Shown one piece after another: positions 31,309 through 35,533 of a DNA stretch of 35,533 nt. How positions within the stretch are numbered: position 1 is the first letter of the stretch; every line of letters starts with the position of its first letter. The stretch lies in IMG/VR virus record IMGVR_UViG_3300012831_000003, one strand, 5' to 3'. The stretch comes from a virus. The translations under genes and the position numbers were made by a program. Under the pieces are notes generated by a model. It was not told the DNA's origin, searched no databases, and saw nothing but the letters and a program-made list of their open reading frames with translations.

Positions 31309-31359
31309 CTTATCGCCACATCAATTTCTAGGGTCTGCTTCAATCACCCACGGTCAAAC

Positions 31360-31755
31360 TCAACTGCCGCGCTTGATGCGCTTTTGTTTGTCGGCACTGC
31401 CCTTGGGTCGGCCCGGCTTGCCGCGTCGCACGTACAGGCTTTTGGGTGAGTTGTTGGACGATGCGGCCGCGCGAAAGCCGGCATGACGGATCACACCGAG
31501 TTTCAGCGCGCGCACGGTGACACCACCAAAGGCGCGGGCATCGGGCGGCGGCGGCAGTTCCATCTGCTCCTGTGCCACGGCGCGGAACTCTTCAATGGTG
31601 AAAGGCCGTTCGCCACGGTCGGCGGTGTAAAGCACCAGGGCGGTGAACGCGCGGTCGGCCCAGCCACGTGAGGAATGCTCGGCGTGCAGGATCGAATCCA
31701 CGATGCCCTTGTCGCGGCGTGTCCTGGCGCTGGCGAAGGCGTCAGCCTTGTTCAT
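31360..31755 (-). CDS. Hypothetical protein with C-terminal AT-hook-like motif
   Basis: ATG at 31755. The C-terminus RRGKPGRPKGSADKQKRIKRGS contains a GRP core flanked by basic residues. Confidence 0.6.
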   Translation of the reverse strand: MNKADAFASARTRRDKGIVDSILHAEHSSRGWADRAFTALVLYTADRGERPFTIEEFRAVAQEQMELPPPPDARAFGGVTVRALKLGVIRHAGFRAAASSNNSPKSLYVRRGKPGRPKGSADKQKRIKRGS

Positions 31756-32005
31756 TGGGTTTGACCTCCAGCGCGCGGCGGCGGGCACATACGGCGTCCA
31801 GGTCATTGGCCAACTCGCGCAGGTGTGAGGCGAAGCGCCACACGCTGTGCAGGTTGGCATGCTCGGCGGTGGCCAGCGCAAGGAATGCAATGTCCACTTG
31901 AAACGGCTCATCCGGCACGCGGTCGAAGGCGATTTCAAGTTGTGCGCCGCTATCCTCCGGATCGGTCATGCATCGCAGGCGGCCGCAATACTGAACTGAC
32001 ATCAC
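31742..32005 (-). CDS. Hypothetical protein
   Basis: 87 aa. ATGA overlap with the upstream gene. Confidence 0.55.
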   Translation of the reverse strand: MMSVQYCGRLRCMTDPEDSGAQLEIAFDRVPDEPFQVDIAFLALATAEHANLHSVWRFASHLRELANDLDAVCARRRALEVKPNEQG

Positions 32006-32817
32006 GGCGCCACCTCATAGCGACCGATAAAAATGGGTGCGCTGATTTCTTCGCGCAGGGCGGCGACGAAACACAGCGCCACATCCGTGTTGATGCGATC
32101 CTTGGACACAAGGCGGGCGCGGATGTTCGGCTTTGACGCGCCGGCATGCTGCACGTACAGGCGCACGGTCGCGTAGACATCGGCAAGCCCTTCGGCCGGT
32201 TTGAAATTCAGGCCCAGGCGGGTGGGGAACTTGAGCGCGTCGCGCACCTCCACCGTTTCCATGATGCCCCGCTGCTCTTTCATGTCCTCTTGGACATTCC
32301 GGGCCGTGCGGGCGGTATCGATGGAAATGTCGCGGATGGCGGCAAAGGCGGCCGGCTGTTGGATCACCTCCCCGTCGGCGGTCATGTACGCGGTAACGAT
32401 ATGGCCCCAGTCCTCCAGCCATTCGATCAGTTCGGCTTGAGTGAGGTTGTCGCCATCCAGCGCTTGCACCGCCGCCCATTCCGGGGTTTGCCGCAGTTGC
32501 AACGATGCGGTGTGATCGCCCTGGCCCGGATCGCCACCGATGGATAGATTGAAAAAGGCGCGAGCGTGCAAGCCTTCGGCCGACGCATACACCACGGCAT
32601 TGGGTTGCTGGGCCACGGCTTCGGCGAAGCTGGGCAGGTGCGGTGTATCGAAGCGCCCGCGCCAGCGGCGGCGAATTTCGTTGATGCCCTCCAGCGATTG
32701 CAGGCTGAACCCGTTGGGCACGATCACCATATCGGTGTCGTCTAGCTGCATCTGCAACTGATTGCCCGCCGCTTGGGTCAGGCGCTCGATTTCACGGATA
32801 GCGGATTCGTCAACCAT
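32002..32817 (-). CDS. YfdQ/DUF2303-like prophage protein
   Basis: 271 aa. The overall pattern is recalled from Rac-type yfdQ homologues. Not verified by any search. Confidence 0.55.
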   Translation of the reverse strand: MVDESAIREIERLTQAAGNQLQMQLDDTDMVIVPNGFSLQSLEGINEIRRRWRGRFDTPHLPSFAEAVAQQPNAVVYASAEGLHARAFFNLSIGGDPGQGDHTASLQLRQTPEWAAVQALDGDNLTQAELIEWLEDWGHIVTAYMTADGEVIQQPAAFAAIRDISIDTARTARNVQEDMKEQRGIMETVEVRDALKFPTRLGLNFKPAEGLADVYATVRLYVQHAGASKPNIRARLVSKDRINTDVALCFVAALREEISAPIFIGRYEVAP

Positions 32818-32824
32818 TGGCGTG

Positions 32825-33166
32825 TCACTCCGGCTTGGGTGGTTCGTTGTCGAACTGGAATCGGGTTTGCGTGTCGGGCATCAGGGTAAGTTTTCCGTTT
32901 TGGCCGACATGCAACGGGGTTTGCGTGGCGTCATGCTCGCCGCGCTTTCCGCGCAGGGTCGGCATGGTGAAATCGATGGCGTGGGTTAGCGTCACCTGAT
33001 TGGAATCGCCTATGCGTTCCATCGTGAGGGTGATTTGCACCTGTCCCTTTTTTCCTTTGTCGCCGTTGTGGATGGTGGCTTTTGCGGCGGCGCCCAAAGC
33101 GGTGTCCAGCTTTTCCAGGAATCGCCCTGCATCAAGGTCGGGTAGCAGTTCCAACACGGTGGACAT
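32825..33166 (-). CDS. Hypothetical protein
   Basis: 113-aa ORF between xis and the DUF2303-like gene. Confidence 0.6.
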   Translation of the reverse strand: MSTVLELLPDLDAGRFLEKLDTALGAAAKATIHNGDKGKKGQVQITLTMERIGDSNQVTLTHAIDFTMPTLRGKRGEHDATQTPLHVGQNGKLTLMPDTQTRFQFDNEPPKPE

Positions 33167-33170
33167 GGGT

Positions 33171-33428
33171 TTACCTCTCGGTTGCGAGGCGCCGGCCGGG
33201 CGCGGAAATGGTCACCACCTTGCGGCCTTCGGCGAAGGCCAGCAGATCGCGAAGGCGGTAGCGCACGCTGCGGCCGATCAACACGTACGTGGGGCCAATG
33301 GCCTGCACGCGCCACTTTTCCAACGTGGATGGCGCCATGCCGAAGAAATCCGCCGCCTCGTGGGTGGTCATCAATTTTTCTTCGTTATCCGGCGCTGCAT
33401 CAGCGTTGATCGTGATGTGCTTGGGCAT
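33171..33428 (-). CDS. xis: Excisionase / AlpA-type HTH protein
   Basis: MTTHEAADFFGMAPSTLEKWRVQAIGPTYVLIGRSVRYRLRDLLAF is a typical HTH_17 pattern. The start may be 33371 instead. Confidence 0.75.
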   Translation of the reverse strand: MPKHITINADAAPDNEEKLMTTHEAADFFGMAPSTLEKWRVQAIGPTYVLIGRSVRYRLRDLLAFAEGRKVVTISAPGRRLATER

Positions 33429-33776
33429 CTGTCAATCCGGCTTAGTCATGCTCGGGGTGACAACACTGCGCCTCACTGCGACGAAAACAAATACACAGGT
33501 CGCGTGACAGTTCTTTTTGCGCGCACACGTTGCACACGCGAGTTGAACAGCGCGCGTACCGGCTCATGGGTGATGCAGGGTGATTGTTCAAAGCGCGATG
33601 CCACCTTCGGGTGGTGCATCAGCTTCTCAGTAAAATTACCGTGCGCAGAAATTGACACGCGCGCGTTTCCAAACGCATTGCGCTCGGCGCAGGGTAGGCG
33701 TAGCTTCGCGGGGCAGCATCCGGATTTGCTGCCGCGTTCGGTTCGCATCAGGCCCTAGTCAGCCGAGAAACGAAAA

Positions 33777-33804
33777 GGGCGCCCTTCGCGGGGCGCCCTT
33801 TTTT
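33777..33804. terminator. Bidirectional rho-independent terminator after int
   Basis: GGGCGCCC (33777-33784), loop TTCGCG, GGGCGCCC (33791-33798). Flanked by AAAA upstream and TTTTTT downstream. Confidence 0.7.
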
Positions 33805-33834
33805 GTGTTCCACGCGGAACTAAAAAGCGGTTTG

Positions 33835-35280
33835 CTATTTCTTGCGCGCCAGTCCTGCCCGCTTCACCGCTGCCCGCTTCTTATATTCGCGCTCGCGCTT
33901 GTTGCGGAAGAGCCGGGCATCAACCATGCGCGAATCCGCCATGTCGTTGACCTCCTTCATTTCAGCGCGCGTGACCGGGCGCGTCAGGAACTCATCCACC
34001 GCCGCCGATGCCGGGCGCGCTTCCTTGCATAGCTCATCCAGGGGATGCACCAACAGGTAATGGCGGTCATTCACATCCTTGGGCGAGTGGGCCATCAGGA
34101 TGAGACATTGGATATGGCCGGCTTTCGTTTTGGCCAGCGCGAAGGAAAACAGCTTGCGGCCGTCGTGCAGGCTGAAATGCTGGGGCAGGACAATTTGCGA
34201 CAGGTCGGTGACGCGGGCCGGTTTGTCAGGGTTGCGCACCGTGCCGAAGACTAGATCGCTCTTGGCGGTGCGCTTGCGGGCTTTGAGGATCGCCAACAGC
34301 GTGGGCGGAATCGGCAGCAGGGCGCCGCGCTTGTTCTTCATCGCTTCCGGCGGCACCGCCATGGTGGCCTTGCGGAAGTCGATCCACGTATAGGACATGA
34401 GTTGGATAGTGCGTTGGCGCAGGCCCATGAAACAGGCCGTCAAAAGCATGGTCAGCTCGGTGGCCATCGCTGGGGCACAGTCGCCCTCTACCTTGTCCAG
34501 CATCCACCGCAGCACGCCGGGGGCAAAGTCGGTGGACAAGCGGGCGCGGCGCGGATCGGGCGGCGTCATCAGCTTGGCCGACACTACCTTTTGCGTCACC
34601 ACCGGCAGGTTGTAGAACCGGCAGATGGCGCCCAGGGCGGCAATAGCGCGCTGCGCACCGGCCACGCTGCCCCGCATGCGCTCGCGGCCGGTACGGTCAT
34701 GCCCTGGCGTCTGCTTACTGCGTGCATGGAAAAGGCGCAACACCAACTCGGGGGTAAGTTGGGCCATCGGCCGGTGGTAATACTCGCCCAGCAGTGGCGG
34801 CACGTTGGCGCGATAGCAAACGCCGGTGTCCTCCGACAACGGGCGGTTGGCCACTCGTTTGGTGATTAGGTATTCCTCCAGCAAGGCCGAGACGGGGCGC
34901 GAACGAACGTCGGCCACGTGTTGGGATTCTCTGACCTCTTGCGTGGTCGGTTGCTCGCCTTTGCGCACCGCCAGCGTGGCCGCAGCGGCCAACTGCCGCG
35001 CCATGTCCGGGGTCAGTTCCCGATGCGTTCCCAGGGCGACACGTCGGCGCGCACCGGTGGCGTTATCCCACACCATGACCGAATAGCTGGCCAGATTTGC
35101 TGACACGCGCACCCGTAGGTTGGGGTTCTCAGCGTCCGCATATTCCTTTCGGCTTCGGGCGGCTTCGGCATCCTTCAACCACTGGCGCACTCGCGCCACG
35201 GTGAAGTTGTCTTTCTTGCTGCTGCGCTCAGTGGCGGCCGGCGCCTTGCGCGCCGGCAGTTGGATCACATTTGATTTCAT
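33835..35280 (-). CDS. int: Tyrosine integrase
   Basis: MKSNVIQLP start at 35280. GLRQRT...WIDF, LHDGRK and MAHSPKDVNDRHYL supply the R...H-x-x-R...H...Y catalytic pattern. Confidence 0.9.
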   Translation of the reverse strand: MKSNVIQLPARKAPAATERSSKKDNFTVARVRQWLKDAEAARSRKEYADAENPNLRVRVSANLASYSVMVWDNATGARRRVALGTHRELTPDMARQLAAAATLAVRKGEQPTTQEVRESQHVADVRSRPVSALLEEYLITKRVANRPLSEDTGVCYRANVPPLLGEYYHRPMAQLTPELVLRLFHARSKQTPGHDRTGRERMRGSVAGAQRAIAALGAICRFYNLPVVTQKVVSAKLMTPPDPRRARLSTDFAPGVLRWMLDKVEGDCAPAMATELTMLLTACFMGLRQRTIQLMSYTWIDFRKATMAVPPEAMKNKRGALLPIPPTLLAILKARKRTAKSDLVFGTVRNPDKPARVTDLSQIVLPQHFSLHDGRKLFSFALAKTKAGHIQCLILMAHSPKDVNDRHYLLVHPLDELCKEARPASAAVDEFLTRPVTRAEMKEVNDMADSRMVDARLFRNKREREYKKRAAVKRAGLARKK

Positions 35281-35355
35281 GGCGTGTTGTCCCGTCTGGC
35301 CGGGGCAACTGCACCCGGCTGGGTTCAATATCGCCCACCAGCGCCGCCCCGCGCA

Positions 35356-35383
35356 ATGGGTACAGTCTGGGTACATGGGTTCA
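35356..35383. promoter_or_regulatory. TGGGTWCA motif triplet (int-proximal side of att gap)
   Basis: TGGGTACA at 35357-35364 and 35368-35375, TGGGTTCA at 35376-35383. The 12-mer ATGGGTACAGTC (35356-35367) recurs at 161-172. Confidence 0.6.
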
Positions 35384-35410
35384 GTCCATAAGCCGATTCA
35401 GGCCATTTCG

Positions 35411-35533
35411 GTCACCCTAGATCATGCTGGGTACAATTCGAGGAAGTGACGCAAACCACTTAAAACAAGGCGTTTTTTCACAAAACAGCTTGTTTTAAAG
35501 GGTCTGAAAATCCGTGTACTGTTTCCTGTGGAA
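35411..35533. repeat. Terminal direct repeat, copy 2 (identical to 1..123)
   Basis: Read directly. Confidence 0.98.

Larger units (their letters stand above)
1..35533. mobile_element. Complete temperate siphovirus-type phage genome or excised prophage; unique length 35,410 bp
   Basis: Integrase/excisionase, Cro-like switch, HNH-TerS-TerL, HK97-type portal and protease-capsid, tape measure, lambda K/L/I/J-like tip genes and tail fibre are all present. The window ends are an exact 123-bp repeat. Confidence 0.9.

Noticed and set aside
33473-33748. 91-aa minus-strand ORF in the int-xis gap.
   Set aside because: Third-position G/C is clearly lower than in neighbouring genes. The product is Cys/Arg-rich, and no RBS was seen. 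Treated as non-coding pending a formal test.
35281-35376. N-terminal extensions of tracked ORFs. Examples are integrase from 35376, terL from 26799, terS from 27630, endolysin from 28767 and the methyltransferase-like gene from 4166.
   Set aside because: The extensions are Cys/Trp/Arg-rich, overlap upstream genes or the att motif array, and internal ATG/GTG starts with RBS or stop-start coupling fit better.

Overview
The window is a GC-rich (by eye roughly 60-65% GC), apparently complete temperate tailed-phage genome. Bases 1-123 and 35411-35533 are identical. The unique sequence is therefore 35,410 bp, and the record is either a circularly closed contig or a prophage cut at its att repeats. 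Every confidently called gene except one lies on the minus strand, mostly with the 1-14 nt overlaps typical of phage operons. The gene order below follows transcription (descending coordinates, wrapping through the repeat).

1. Tyrosine integrase and excisionase.
2. An early block with a DUF2303/YfdQ-like protein and an AT-hook protein.
3. A ~300-bp AT-rich non-coding island with DnaA-box-like 9-mers, an overlapping GCTTTTAAAAGC palindrome and a TGGCAC-N5-TTGC element.
4. VRR-NUC nuclease, HNH endonuclease, GH25 endolysin, a sigma-70 region-4-like protein, P27-type TerS and TerL.
5. A terminator, a small HTH gene, a prohead-protease::major-capsid fusion, then portal.
6. A collagen-like protein, head-tail connectors and the major tail protein.
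7. G/GT chaperones with an A_AAA_AAC slippery site, then the tape measure.
8. L-, K- and I::J-like tail tip proteins, and a tail fibre with a C-terminal S74-type chaperone domain.
9. The only plus-strand gene, a 427-aa protein built from four excisionase/MerR-type HTH repeats. It faces a Cro-like gene that heads a string of small early ORFs.
10. A terminator-insulated single-gene moron.
11. A five-gene cargo operon (signal-peptide protein, two tandem paralogues, HTH protein, 2-TM protein) ending in a terminator beside the att region.

Most worth following up:
- The same promoter-operator cassette (TTGCGCCT-N6-AGGCGC-N3-TANNNT) drives both the multi-HTH gene and the moron.
- The uncharacterised cargo operon sits at the att-proximal end.
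- The ori-like island occurs in a genome with no recognisable replication genes.
- A dense TGGGTWCA motif array surrounds the att gap.
- The head-module order is non-canonical (TerL, terminator, HTH, protease::capsid, then portal).

No tRNA, rRNA, CRISPR array, transposase or reverse transcriptase was seen. All family assignments come from motifs recognised by eye, and no database search was possible.
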